NCBI RefSeq assembly: GCF_054482525.1
Contig: NZ_CM137006.1
Strand: one strand, 5' to 3'
DNA: 64,000 nucleotides
Part shown: positions 28,819 through 40,733 of the stretch, piece by piece
Position numbering within the stretch: the stretch's first letter is position 1
How the letters are laid out: each line of letters starts with the position of its first letter
The notes under the pieces: model-generated
What the model saw: only the letters and a program-made list of their open reading frames with translations
Databases searched by the model: none
What the model was told of the DNA's origin: nothing
Program-made: the position numbers and the translations under genes

Positions 28819-31224
28819 GTGGATATGGCAGCAGTAAAAATCTCAGGTGTGCTGAAAGATGGTGCGGGAAAACCAATACAGAACTGCACTATTCAACTGA
28901 AGGCAAAGCGTAACAGCACCACGGTACTGGTGAACACGGTGGCCTCTGAAAATCCGGATGAAGCCGGGCGTTACAGCATGGATGTTGAGTATGGCCAGTA
29001 CAGCGTCATCCTGCTGGTTGAAGGTTTTCCGCCTTCACATGCCGGGACCATTACCGTCTATGAAGGCTCCAGACCAGGTACGCTGAATGATTTTCTCGGT
29101 GCCATGACGGAAGATGATGTCATGCCGGAGGCATTGCGTCGTTTTGAGGAAATGGTGGAAGAAGCGGCACGCAACGCTGAAGCCGCCTCTCAGAGCGCAG
29201 CGGCGGCAAAGAAATCAGAAACTGCAGCGGCATCATCGAAGAACGCGGCGAAAACCTCAGAAACGAATGCAGCTAACAGCGCACAGGCGGCAGCGGCCTC
29301 ACAGACTGCATCAGCAAACTCCGCGACAGCAGCCAAAAAATCAGAAACCAACGCGAAAAATAGCGAGACAGCCGCAAAGACGAGCGAAACCAACGCAAAG
29401 TCCAGCCAGACGGCAGCGAAAACCAGCGAAACGAATGCCAAAGCCAGTGAAACTGCGGCAAAAAACAGCCAGGTTGCAGCAGCCCAAAGCGAGAGCGCGG
29501 CAGCCGGTTCTGCGACTTCAGCAGCTGGATCAGCAACTGCTGCGGCTAACAGCCAGAAAGCTGCGAAGACGAGTGAAACTAACGCAAAGTCCAGCCAGAC
29601 GGCAGCGAAGACCAGCGAAACGAATGCCAAAGCCAGCGAAACTGCGGCGAAAAACAGTCAGGATGCAGCAGCCCAAAGCGAGAGTGCTGCAGCTGGTTCT
29701 GCAAGCGCGGCGGCTGCTTCTGCCACTGCATCAGCCAACAGTCAAAAAGCAGCAAAAACCAGTGAAACCAATGCAAAGACAAGCGAGACTGCAGCGGCGA
29801 ACTCGGCGAAAGCATCGGCAGCAAGCCAGACAGCAGCTAAAGCAAGTGAAGACGCAGCCAGAGAGTATGCAAGTCAGGCAGCAGAGCCGTATAAATATGT
29901 CTTACAGCCACTGCCTGATGTGTGGATACCGTTTAACGATTCACTGGATATGATTACGGGCTTTTCGCCGTCATATAAAAAAATTGTTATTGGTGATGAT
30001 GAAATAACGATGCCTGGCGACAAGGTTGTTAAGTTTAAACGCGCATCAACTGCCACATATATCAATAAATCAGGCGTATTTAGTGTTGCTAAAATTGATG
30101 AGCCACGATTTGAAAAAGAAGGTTTATTGATTGAAGGACAGCGCACTAACTATTTTGTTAAATCCAATACTCCCGCTGAATGGACGAGTACCAGCAATAT
30201 CGATAAAACTAATAATGGTGTTGATGAATTTGGTTTTTCATATGCCAAAATGCGAACAAAAGATAATATGACAGGACAATCATCTGCACTTAGTCTGCAT
30301 ACATGCAGTGCATCCCGGGGGATTGATGTTAGTGGCGATAATAAGTATTGCACTGTTTCATGCAGGGTTAAAGCTCCTGATGGTCTTCGTTGTCGTTTGC
30401 GTTTTGAAAAATACGATGGGTCGGTTTATACATTTTTAGGAGATGCTTATTTAACTTTCGGAACTCTGATAATAGAAAAAACTGGCGGAGCAGCCAATAG
30501 AATAGCAGCTACTGCAACTAAAGATCCGGTTACAGGGTGGATTTTCTATGAGGCAACTATAGAAGCTGTTGAAGGTGAAACCTTAATTGGCGCAATGATT
30601 CAGTATGCGCCGAAAAAAGGTGGTATAACTGAAGCGGGAGATTATATTTACCTTGCAACACCACAATTTGAAAACGGCGGATGTGCTTCATCTTTTGTTA
30701 TTACGACAACTGCACCCGCAACCCGCTCCAGTGATATGGTGACGATCCCAACTGAAAATAATATCTATAATAGACCGCTTACGTGTCTTGTCGAGGTTAA
30801 TAGAAATTGGGGCGATATTCCTCCTAATGTAGCACCGCGTATTTTTGATTTTTCTGGTGTGCCACCTATTGAGTCAATTACATACGCTTTTAACACAACT
30901 GAGAAATATTACGGTCAGCTTTATATGCAGACTTATAAAGCGTCGACAAGTACTTACGTTTCTAGTGTGTTTGCTGGTCGAACTGATGTTCGAAAATTCA
31001 TTGGTGGTTTTAATATTTATTCTGATGGTACTAAACGAGTAGTTTCTAACGGTGAGGCTACTAAAACTATGAAAACGGAGTGGACGGGCGTAAAAACACG
31101 GACCTTTATTCGAATTGGAGGTCAAGCCACATCGGGAACTCGTCATCTATTCGGCCATTTGAGAAATCTTCGTCTCTGGCATAAAGAATTAACTGATGCG
31201 CAAATGGGGGAGAGTATTAAATGA
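28819..31224 (+). CDS. stf: Side tail fibre protein (Stf-like) with Ala/Ser/Thr repeat stalk
   Basis: 801 aa; N-terminus like lambda Stf as recalled; central KTSETNAKxSxTAA repeats. Confidence 0.8.
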   Translation: MDMAAVKISGVLKDGAGKPIQNCTIQLKAKRNSTTVLVNTVASENPDEAGRYSMDVEYGQYSVILLVEGFPPSHAGTITVYEGSRPGTLNDFLGAMTEDDVMPEALRRFEEMVEEAARNAEAASQSAAAAKKSETAAASSKNAAKTSETNAANSAQAAAASQTASANSATAAKKSETNAKNSETAAKTSETNAKSSQTAAKTSETNAKASETAAKNSQVAAAQSESAAAGSATSAAGSATAAANSQKAAKTSETNAKSSQTAAKTSETNAKASETAAKNSQDAAAQSESAAAGSASAAAASATASANSQKAAKTSETNAKTSETAAANSAKASAASQTAAKASEDAAREYASQAAEPYKYVLQPLPDVWIPFNDSLDMITGFSPSYKKIVIGDDEITMPGDKVVKFKRASTATYINKSGVFSVAKIDEPRFEKEGLLIEGQRTNYFVKSNTPAEWTSTSNIDKTNNGVDEFGFSYAKMRTKDNMTGQSSALSLHTCSASRGIDVSGDNKYCTVSCRVKAPDGLRCRLRFEKYDGSVYTFLGDAYLTFGTLIIEKTGGAANRIAATATKDPVTGWIFYEATIEAVEGETLIGAMIQYAPKKGGITEAGDYIYLATPQFENGGCASSFVITTTAPATRSSDMVTIPTENNIYNRPLTCLVEVNRNWGDIPPNVAPRIFDFSGVPPIESITYAFNTTEKYYGQLYMQTYKASTSTYVSSVFAGRTDVRKFIGGFNIYSDGTKRVVSNGEATKTMKTEWTGVKTRTFIRIGGQATSGTRHLFGHLRNLRLWHKELTDAQMGESIK
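29180..29860 (+). repeat. In-frame tandem repeats within stf, including a direct duplication of about 120-190 bp
   Basis: gcaaagtccagccagacggcagcgaa... occurs at about 29395 and again at about 29581; many shorter related units. Confidence 0.7.
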
Positions 31225-31502
31225 AAGATTTAACACTCAAATTTGCAGACAGGGCCGACTTTTCGGCCTTTATGGAGAGCATTGGCTATTATGATGACGA
31301 GTCGATGCAGGATGATATTCTTATTGACGTGATAGGTAATGTGTACAAAGAAACCGGAGAACTTACTGAAGATGGCGAGCCGGTATGTGTTAAGGAGGAC
31401 GGATATTTTGTAAACGTGCGCATCATTAATGATTCGCAAATATCGTCATTATTCGATGAATACGCGGTTGCTGTTGAGCATCAACTTCGTGGCTGGATGT
31501 GA
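31221..31502 (+). CDS. Hypothetical acidic protein between the two fibre genes
   Basis: 93-aa ORF whose start overlaps the stf stop. Confidence 0.35.
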   Translation: MKDLTLKFADRADFSAFMESIGYYDDESMQDDILIDVIGNVYKETGELTEDGEPVCVKEDGYFVNVRIINDSQISSLFDEYAVAVEHQLRGWM

Positions 31503-31511
31503 GGAAGGAAA

Positions 31512-32552
31512 ATGGCTACATCGACAGTAATTCCTGATGATATCAAAACGCTAAAATCCGACGTTAGCAAATTAAAAAACGATCAAGGGAGCTACGCAAC
31601 AAAATCATATGTAGACAATAAAACAACATGGAATAGTTATTGCAATGTAATCTATGATCAAAAGACATTGCCGACCACTGGAACTATATTTAGCGGTAAG
31701 ATTCACTTGTCAAATAAGACAGGAGAAACCGAAAACGCTTATAGTGAGATGTACACCAGAAAAAATATTGACGGTACAAAAGATACAATGACAAGGATTG
31801 TCACACACAATGGAACAAAAGGTATCTTTTGGGATTTTAGCGATCTTTACGGCGGAACATTAATTTTTCCAGGCAGTGATGGTTACCTTAAGATGGGGAA
31901 CTGTCTCATGTCGTATGGTGTGCGGGGAAGTAACGCGCTTATTAAGTTTGACTGCACAGACACATTACAAATCAAATATGCCAATCATGGGTCAACCATG
32001 ACATTAAACACACAGGGGACCGCTCATTCTGGCGCTACTACTAGTTTGTGGGGTAACTCTACCCGTCCGGTTGTATATGAAGTTGGTGCTGATGGTGGCG
32101 CGTATATGTTCTATGCGCAGAAAAATACCGATAACACCTATATGTTAAGCGTTAATGGTGCATGTCATGCCACCGCATTTAACCAGCATTCCGACCGGGA
32201 TCTGAAAGACAACATTCAGGTGATCGATAATGCAACCGACCGCATCCGTAAAATGAACGGCTATACATACACGCTTAAAGAAAACGGTATGCCCTATGCA
32301 GGTGTCATTGCACAGGAAGCTCTGGAAGCAATCCCAGAAGTTGTAGGTTCCGCAATGAAATATCAGGACGGTGCAAGCGGATCGGAAGGTGAAGAAGGTG
32401 AACGTTATTACACAGTAGATTATTCTGGTGTTACTGGCTTGCTTGTTCAGGTAGCCAGAGAGTCAGACGACAGAATAACAGTACTGGAAGAAGAAAACGC
32501 AGAATTAAGGCAAAGATTATCTGCAATTGAGGCGACGCTTGCGTCTAAATAA
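31512..32552 (+). CDS. Second tail fibre/spike-like protein with C-terminal intramolecular chaperone (peptidase S74-like) domain
   Basis: 346 aa; C-terminal DRDLKDNIQVID...RIRKMNGYTYTLK...GVIAQEA plus terminal coiled coil. Confidence 0.6.
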   Translation: MATSTVIPDDIKTLKSDVSKLKNDQGSYATKSYVDNKTTWNSYCNVIYDQKTLPTTGTIFSGKIHLSNKTGETENAYSEMYTRKNIDGTKDTMTRIVTHNGTKGIFWDFSDLYGGTLIFPGSDGYLKMGNCLMSYGVRGSNALIKFDCTDTLQIKYANHGSTMTLNTQGTAHSGATTSLWGNSTRPVVYEVGADGGAYMFYAQKNTDNTYMLSVNGACHATAFNQHSDRDLKDNIQVIDNATDRIRKMNGYTYTLKENGMPYAGVIAQEALEAIPEVVGSAMKYQDGASGSEGEEGERYYTVDYSGVTGLLVQVARESDDRITVLEEENAELRQRLSAIEATLASK

Positions 32553-32587
32553 TATTAAGGGCTATGCGCCCCGTTTTATTGGGTAGG

Positions 32588-32881
32588 ATGAAAATGGATA
32601 TAACACCTTTTCTTCATGCGCTTTGTGCTGTGGCTGCGCAGGTACTGGTTGGTTTTTTTACCGGAAACTGGGCTTACGGGGCGATAGCCGGTTGTACATT
32701 CTTCATTGCGCGGGAACACACCCAGGCAGAATATCGCTGGATTGAAATGTTCGGGCATGGCAAGCGGATTAACATGCCGTGGTGGGGCGGTTTTGATCCA
32801 CGTGCATGGGATGTGGCAAGCCTGATGGATTTTGCTGTGCCGGTGGTGGCGTGTCTGCTGATCTGGATGTTGATCCGTTAA
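32588..32881 (+). CDS. Hypothetical membrane protein at prophage right end
   Basis: ORF 32564-32881; two hydrophobic segments; followed by a hairpin at about 32900-32935. Confidence 0.3.
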   Translation: MKMDITPFLHALCAVAAQVLVGFFTGNWAYGAIAGCTFFIAREHTQAEYRWIEMFGHGKRINMPWWGGFDPRAWDVASLMDFAVPVVACLLIWMLIR

Positions 32882-33228
32882 ATATAAAAAGTAAAAAGCC
32901 GCAGTAACTTGTCATGATAGGATACTGCGGCTGGCTGGTTAACTTTCGATAGTGCGAGTATTGAATGATTTCCAGCCGTTACCGATTTTATATAACTGCA
33001 GTGGAATTATTCAACACACAGGCAAAACGGAATAAGCTGAGAAAAAAGCGTGCTTACCCAATCTGGGGTAAATCACGTCTGAATGACACCTGAAAACAGG
33101 TGGTGGCCTCAAGAAGGCTTGGAATATTCTTCTTTAATGTTATGTAATTTATTGATTTTTCGTGTACGATTTTAAGACATTTATTCCAAGAAAAATTTTT
33201 AACTCTTTGATTTTTCGACTCTGTATCA

Positions 33229-33290
33229 TCGGTCTCGAAAACCGGAGTAGGGGCAACTCTACCGGGGGTTCAAATCCCCCTCTCTCCGCC
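33229..33290 (+). other. Prophage right attachment site: 3' 62 nt of tRNA-Ser (serU-like), not a complete tRNA
   Basis: cggtctcgaaaaccggagtaggggcaactctaccgggggttcaaatccccctctctccgcca matches the 3' part of tRNA-Ser(CGA) as recalled; 5' half absent. Confidence 0.7.
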
Positions 33291-33960
33291 ACTTTATCAA
33301 TGACTTATCTCCCGACTTCCCGCCTTGCTTTTCCTAAACAGAACAATCGTAGAATATTCTTGAAGGGTTAGATCGTCACTGTTTTCTGTTCGATACTGTG
33401 ACATTCAGCACTTGATTCGCTATGGATCTGACAGGAAGGTCTCGAGCGAAAATCTGCAGTTATTCAGTCGTTTTCTTATCGGTCACCATTATTCTTTTAG
33501 ACATTGATCCTACGAAGCTGCCGCAAAGTTGGTGGTGGGAACTGAATTTGCGTAGAGAAGGGGTCAATAATTGAGCCAAAAAAGGAACGCGGCCGTCAGA
33601 TTAAAGCCGCGGGACAAAGTCCATAATTTCCAAGAGTTGTTGAATTTCCCAGCTTTTTTGAAAGCCTTTGTATCATACTAACAAGTAAAAAAGGTTTAAA
33701 TACCAAAATTAACCTATATTTCTGGTTAGCTTTACCATGACAGATGACTTGCTCCTGGAGACATTGGCGCAGCCAGTCTGTATTGGTGAGTTGTGTATTT
33801 ATTGTTCGCCGTTTTCTCAGTTTTTTTCTACAGACATAATAAAAAAGACACGTCTCAAGCATGAGCGTGTCTGAGTTTGTCTTATTTATTTGTCTTGGTA
33901 AATTATTGTCGTTACTACCAGGCACTGTTCTGTTAAATAATTGAAGTCAGCGCAAAAAAA

Positions 33961-34611
33961 TCAATGAGACATCATTTCCTCGACCACTTCTTCGCTACTC
34001 AACTGATATGGATAATACGTTGGCCAGTTTTCCATTTCATTTAATAAAGATTGCTGTGAATCATTACCCATAAAAATGTGAAAATGAGATGATTTTCGTG
34101 GTGCAATTATATGATCGCTAAATTGTATATATTTAGGGGCTTTGCTTTTAGGATCTTTACATTCGAATAAGTAACGAACGCCTTTCTTGCCTGATTTATA
34201 GGTGAGTATTTTGTATCCATCGTAATCATATTTACAGGATGTTGTTTCATTATTTCTATGGAATTCAACAATGCCGTCCTCAATGCCAATCATCTCGATA
34301 TCTGTCACATAACCTTTGCGATAATAATCTTTAATTTCAGCAAATGTTTTAGTTTTATCTGCATCCGCTTTCTTCTGAAAGACGGGGTCAAGTTTGCCAC
34401 TTTGCAGTAAAGGATAAACGGATTGCCAGACTCCATCCCAGTCACTGAGCGTTCGGTTTTGTACATTGGCATCATCAAAAACACCATTAGCAGCTTTTTG
34501 TTCGACCTCTGTTAAGGGTTTGCCGTGTGAGTGATGACCATGCGAAAAGGCAGGAGCGCTAACAATAAAGACACCTAAAGCAACAGCCAGTTTATGAAGA
34601 CGAATCGCCAA
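33961..34611 (-). CDS. zinT: Metal-binding protein ZinT
   Basis: 216 aa; signal peptide and His-rich HGHHSHG motif; synteny with msrQP. Confidence 0.85.
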   Translation of the reverse strand: MAIRLHKLAVALGVFIVSAPAFSHGHHSHGKPLTEVEQKAANGVFDDANVQNRTLSDWDGVWQSVYPLLQSGKLDPVFQKKADADKTKTFAEIKDYYRKGYVTDIEMIGIEDGIVEFHRNNETTSCKYDYDGYKILTYKSGKKGVRYLFECKDPKSKAPKYIQFSDHIIAPRKSSHFHIFMGNDSQQSLLNEMENWPTYYPYQLSSEEVVEEMMSH

Positions 34612-34819
34612 AACAGTTTCCTCCAGAGTTAATGTATATGATGTGTAATGTTATATTGTAACACATAAAAAAATGCAACAACTCTTAGGAGACAAGAGAA
34701 TAGTTCTCTCAGGTGTGCTTATCTATCTTATTGAAATAAAATAAATTATGTCGATGATTTGAGGTTGATGACAAACGAAACATAACCTAATGCGATCTGT
34801 GTATGCCGGATAAGGCGCT

Positions 34820-35574
<755 letters not shown>

Positions 35575-35678
35575 ATCAGCATACTTGTCCTTAGCCTTCT
35601 GCAGTGACAGCTGGTAGTACAGCGTGCTTCTGGCCAGCCCTGCAGCCTTTAACAGGTCAGACTGGCAGTGTCCGCACC

Positions 35679-36209
35679 TCAGGCTCCGGATGACTTTCGT
35701 TTTTTCTCCAGCTCCTGGCGCTTTTTTTCCAGGAGATGCTCCTGCATGGCTTTCAGATATGCATTTTCTGCGCGAAGATAACGCAGCTCATTCTTCATCT
35801 CTTCCGGCGTCATGTTTGCCTCGTTTTCATGGGTATCATCAGAACGGGTCATGCTTTTCTCCTTCCTGCGCCTGATAAAGGCCTCATTACCAGATTTGCG
35901 GTAGCCTTTTATCCAGTTTTTAACCGTGTTGTGGCTGGGAATGTTAAACCGGGCAGCTACCCGGGGTAGAGACTCAGAATGCCCGAGAGCATAAAGAACC
36001 ACGCAAAGTTTATCTTCAGGAGAATAGCTACGCTTGTGTCTGCAATCCAGTGCCCGAGGACCGTGAAGAAGAAAAAGATTAATCCAGTGTGAGAGGCTGG
36101 TGTGAGAAAGTTGAAAGAGTTTTGCCGTAGAAATGATGCCTGCATGACCAGCCAGGTAATGATTTACAGCGGCAAGTTTTACTTCAAATGAATGTTTCAT
36201 AAACTGCAC
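35679..36209 (-). CDS. IS3-family transposase OrfA (HTH)
   Basis: 176 aa with HTH N-terminus and leucine-zipper-like C-terminus. Confidence 0.8.
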   Translation of the reverse strand: MQFMKHSFEVKLAAVNHYLAGHAGIISTAKLFQLSHTSLSHWINLFLLHGPRALDCRHKRSYSPEDKLCVVLYALGHSESLPRVAARFNIPSHNTVKNWIKGYRKSGNEAFIRRRKEKSMTRSDDTHENEANMTPEEMKNELRYLRAENAYLKAMQEHLLEKKRQELEKKRKSSGA

Positions 36210-36302
36210 CTTCAGATGTCAGATTATGTCCAACATTTGGGGTGCAGTTCAGCTCGCGCCGCATCCGGCAGGGATAACGCGTACTTTGTCGGCAATATGA
36301 AG

Positions 36303-36938
36303 TTATAGAGATAATTTGTTGTGAACCTGCTTGCGTAACCGGTTGAAAAGGGAAAGCAACTTCTTATACCGTAAGGCTAAAAGCAGTACCGCCAGCCCAG
36401 CGTAGATGAGTGGCTGCGGTGAAATAATCTTCACTGACCACAGATAATGTATTGGGGCCAGGATCACGACAAGATAGACGAAGTTATGCAACTGTTGCCA
36501 GTGTTTGCCGAGTTTTCGCTGCATCGCCTGGGTTGAAGTGAACGCTAAAGCAAGCAAAATAACCCAGCTGATAATTCCTAACGTTAAATAAGGCCGGGTA
36601 ATTAACTCCTTGCCTAATAACGCCAGATTATTCACGCCCAGCTCCAGTAATGCGTAACTGGTTAAATGCAGTGTCGCCCAGGCAAAGCACCATAAGCCTA
36701 ACAGGCGGCGAGTGCGTATCAATAACGGCTGTTTTGCGTAGCGTGCCAGAGGTGTGATTAACAAGGCCGCCAGCAAAAATTTCAGTGCAGTGCGACCAGT
36801 AAAATGCTGAATATCTTTCACCGGATCGGCACCCAATCCACCGTGATTAATCGCCCAGACCAGCCAGAGAAACGGCAACAATCCGGCAAGATGCAGGCAA
36901 ACTTTCAGCCATGTCACCTGTTTTGCTGTCAGACGCAT
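36303..36938 (-). CDS. msrQ: Methionine sulfoxide reductase haem-binding subunit MsrQ
   Basis: 211-aa polytopic membrane protein immediately downstream of msrP. Confidence 0.85.
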   Translation of the reverse strand: MRLTAKQVTWLKVCLHLAGLLPFLWLVWAINHGGLGADPVKDIQHFTGRTALKFLLAALLITPLARYAKQPLLIRTRRLLGLWCFAWATLHLTSYALLELGVNNLALLGKELITRPYLTLGIISWVILLALAFTSTQAMQRKLGKHWQQLHNFVYLVVILAPIHYLWSVKIISPQPLIYAGLAVLLLALRYKKLLSLFNRLRKQVHNKLSL

Positions 36939-37949
<1,011 letters not shown>

Positions 37950-38051
37950 TCACACTTTTTTGTCTTTAGCCAGCAAGAGCCGTTTACTGTTAATCTGTCA
38001 GGGAGTGTCCTCCCTAACAGTAGCAGAGATCTGCTTTTACATATTTATGCA

Positions 38052-38465
38052 TTAACTGCCACGATAGGTTGAATACCCATATTGGCTAAGTAATAAAGGC
38101 ACATGATAATGCTCGTTCACTTTATTAATATGAAATTCAACGGGGATCTCAGGGAAGAGACTTTCAAGATTTTGTTTCTTGAAATAGTCCCCGGTTTTAA
38201 ATACGACACGGTAATCGCCCGTAGTTGCAGTTTGCTCGGGCCACAGTGCCTTAATTCGTCCATCCTTATCTGTTTTGGCGGTATTAAGTTGTAACCAGCC
38301 GTTATCCGCTTTCTTTTCAAGAGTGACTGTCACGTCGGCAGCGGGTTTTCCTGTTTGCTGGTTCAAAATATGCACGCTAAGAATGTTTTGTTGTGCAGCA
38401 TAGACCAAAGAAGGTAATGAAAATGCAGCCGTTACTACGGAGAGTACTAAATAACGCTTTAACAT
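38052..38465 (-). CDS. hiuH: 5-hydroxyisourate hydrolase (transthyretin-like)
   Basis: 137 aa; signal peptide; C-terminal YRGS motif. Confidence 0.85.
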   Translation of the reverse strand: MLKRYLVLSVVTAAFSLPSLVYAAQQNILSVHILNQQTGKPAADVTVTLEKKADNGWLQLNTAKTDKDGRIKALWPEQTATTGDYRVVFKTGDYFKKQNLESLFPEIPVEFHINKVNEHYHVPLLLSQYGYSTYRGS

Positions 38466-38597
38466 GTTTATATCCTTGTCATGTGAATGAGTTTTGAGGA
38501 TAGCGAAAAAGCGTCCAGGGTAACCTTACAGAAGCATTACAATTTTGTAATGAACCAGGCTGTTTCTATAACATATGATTTATGGCATATTATTTTC

Positions 38598-39269
38598 ATG
38601 AAGATTCTACTTATTGAAGATAATCAAAGGACCCAGGAATGGGTAACGCAGGGGCTTTCAGAAGCGGGTTATGTCATTGATGCCGTTACTGATGGCAGAG
38701 ACGGGCTTTATCTTGCGCTGAAGGATGATTATGCATTGATCATTCTGGATATTATGCTTCCGGGTATGGATGGCTGGCAGATCTTACAAACGTTAAGAAC
38801 GGCAAAGCAAACTCCTGTTATTTGCCTTACTGCAAGAGATTCTGTCGATGACAGAGTCAGAGGGCTGGACAGTGGGGCAAATGATTATCTGGTAAAACCT
38901 TTTTCATTTTCTGAGTTGCTGGCAAGGGTTCGGGCACAATTAAGGCAACATTACGCTTTGAATTCAACATTAGAAATCAGCGGCTTAAGAATGGACTCTG
39001 TTAGTCAAAGTGTGAGCAGGGACAATATCAGTATTACACTGACGCGCAAGGAGTTTCAGTTACTTTGGCTACTGGCCTCCAGAGCTGGCGAAATTATACC
39101 CAGAACGGTTATTGCGAGTGAAATTTGGGGAATCAACTTTGATAGTGATACCAATACGGTGGATGTCGCCATTCGCAGGCTCCGCGCAAAAGTTGATGAT
39201 CCTTTTCCTGAAAAGCTAATCGCCACAATCCGGGGGATGGGCTATTCATTCGTAGCGGTAAAAAAATAA
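38598..39269 (+). CDS. hprR: Two-component response regulator HprR (OmpR family)
   Basis: Internal ATG at 38598 (MKILLIEDNQ...) chosen as start; receiver plus winged-helix domains. Confidence 0.85.
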   Translation: MKILLIEDNQRTQEWVTQGLSEAGYVIDAVTDGRDGLYLALKDDYALIILDIMLPGMDGWQILQTLRTAKQTPVICLTARDSVDDRVRGLDSGANDYLVKPFSFSELLARVRAQLRQHYALNSTLEISGLRMDSVSQSVSRDNISITLTRKEFQLLWLLASRAGEIIPRTVIASEIWGINFDSDTNTVDVAIRRLRAKVDDPFPEKLIATIRGMGYSFVAVKK

Positions 39270-40627
39270 TGAAAAGATTATCTATAACCGTCCGTTTAAC
39301 CTTGCTTTTTATATTGCTGCTGTCTGTTGCTGGCGCTGGAATTGTATGGACTCTCTATAATGGCCTGGCAAGTGAGTTGAAATGGCGCGATGATACAACA
39401 CTCATTAACCGGACAGCGCAGATCAAGCAGTTGTTAATTGATGGGGTAAATCCAGATACGTTACCTGTGTACTTTAACCGGATGATGGATGTTAGTCAGG
39501 ATATCTTGATCATTCATGGTGATAGCATCAACAAAATTGTTAACCGGACGAATGTCAGTGATGACATGTTAAATAACATACCTGCTACTGAGACAATCAG
39601 CGCAGCTGGCATTTACAGAAGCATTATTAATGATACAGAGATAGATGCTTTACGAATTAATATTGATGAAGTTTCGCCATCATTAACGGTTACTGTGGCT
39701 AAATTGGCTTCAGCCAGACATAACATGCTTGAACAGTATAAAATTAATAGCATTATAATTTGCATTGTCGCCATTATACTTTGCTCAGTATTAAGTCCGT
39801 TGTTAATCAGAACGGGGTTACGAGAGATCAAAAAGTTGAGTGGTGTAACGGAAGCGCTGAATTATAACGATAACCGGGAGCCTGTTGAGGTTAGCGCATT
39901 ACCGAGAGAACTAAAACCTCTTGGGCAGGCGTTGAATAAAATGCACCAAGCCTTAGTCAAAGATTTTGAACGCCTAAGTCAATTTGCTGACGATCTCGCT
40001 CATGAACTTAGAACACCAATTAATGCATTACTGGGTCAGAATCAGGTTACGCTCAGTCAAACCAGAAGTATCGCTGAATATCAAAAAACAATTGCCGGAA
40101 ACATTGAAGAGCTGGAAAATATTTCGCGGTTAACAGAGAACATACTGTTTCTTGCCAGGGCAGATAAAAACAATGTTTTGGTGAAACTGGATTCGCTTTC
40201 TCTCAATAAGGAAGTCGAAAATTTGTTGGACTATCTTGAATACCTTTCAGACGAGAAAGAGATTTACTTTAAGGTCGAGTGCAATCAGCAAATTTTTGCG
40301 GATAAAATTTTACTGCAACGAATGTTATCGAATCTTATTGTTAACGCTATTCGATATTCACCAGAAAAATCGCGCATTCAGATAACCAGTTTTCTTGATA
40401 CCAACGGTTCTCTTAATATTGATATCGCCAGTCCTGGAACGAAAATTCATGAGCCTGAAAAACTCTTCCGTAGATTTTGGCGGGGAGATAATTCGCGTCA
40501 TTCCGTAGGTCAGGGACTTGGTCTTTCTTTAGTCAAAGCGATTGCCGAATTGCATGGGGGAAGTGCTACGTATCACTATCTCAATAAGCATAATGTGTTC
40601 CGGATTACGTTACCGCAAAGAAATTAA
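39269..40627 (+). CDS. hprS: Sensor histidine kinase HprS
   Basis: 452 aa; two TM segments, H-box (LAHELRTPINAL), ATPase G-boxes. Confidence 0.85.
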   Translation: MKRLSITVRLTLLFILLLSVAGAGIVWTLYNGLASELKWRDDTTLINRTAQIKQLLIDGVNPDTLPVYFNRMMDVSQDILIIHGDSINKIVNRTNVSDDMLNNIPATETISAAGIYRSIINDTEIDALRINIDEVSPSLTVTVAKLASARHNMLEQYKINSIIICIVAIILCSVLSPLLIRTGLREIKKLSGVTEALNYNDNREPVEVSALPRELKPLGQALNKMHQALVKDFERLSQFADDLAHELRTPINALLGQNQVTLSQTRSIAEYQKTIAGNIEELENISRLTENILFLARADKNNVLVKLDSLSLNKEVENLLDYLEYLSDEKEIYFKVECNQQIFADKILLQRMLSNLIVNAIRYSPEKSRIQITSFLDTNGSLNIDIASPGTKIHEPEKLFRRFWRGDNSRHSVGQGLGLSLVKAIAELHGGSATYHYLNKHNVFRITLPQRN

Positions 40628-40733
40628 CATAGGGCTTCAGTACGCCATAAATTAACCGTGAAAAACGCAGCCACGTCGTGAGTACTAACGCGGCTGCGAT
40701 TGATTATGTGCTTACATTCAAACGTAACAGGGA

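Noticed and set aside
29180-29860. Possible CRISPR-like array (regular repeats)
   Set aside because: Repeats are in-frame coding repeats of a fibre protein, with no unique spacers of constant length and no cas genes in the window.
29114-29953. 279-aa alternate-frame ORF and several minus-strand ORFs in the stf repeat region
   Set aside because: Produced by the tandem repeat lacking stops in other frames; the stf frame is continuous with lambda-like N- and C-termini.
33596-33925. 109-aa minus-strand ORF in the AT-rich spacer between att and zinT
   Set aside because: Low-complexity translation, no RBS, overlaps the zinT terminator; treated as non-coding.
38487-38597. N-terminal extension of hprR ORF
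   Set aside because: Internal ATG at 38598 gives the canonical receiver-domain start (MKILLIEDN); the extension is treated as upstream regulatory sequence.
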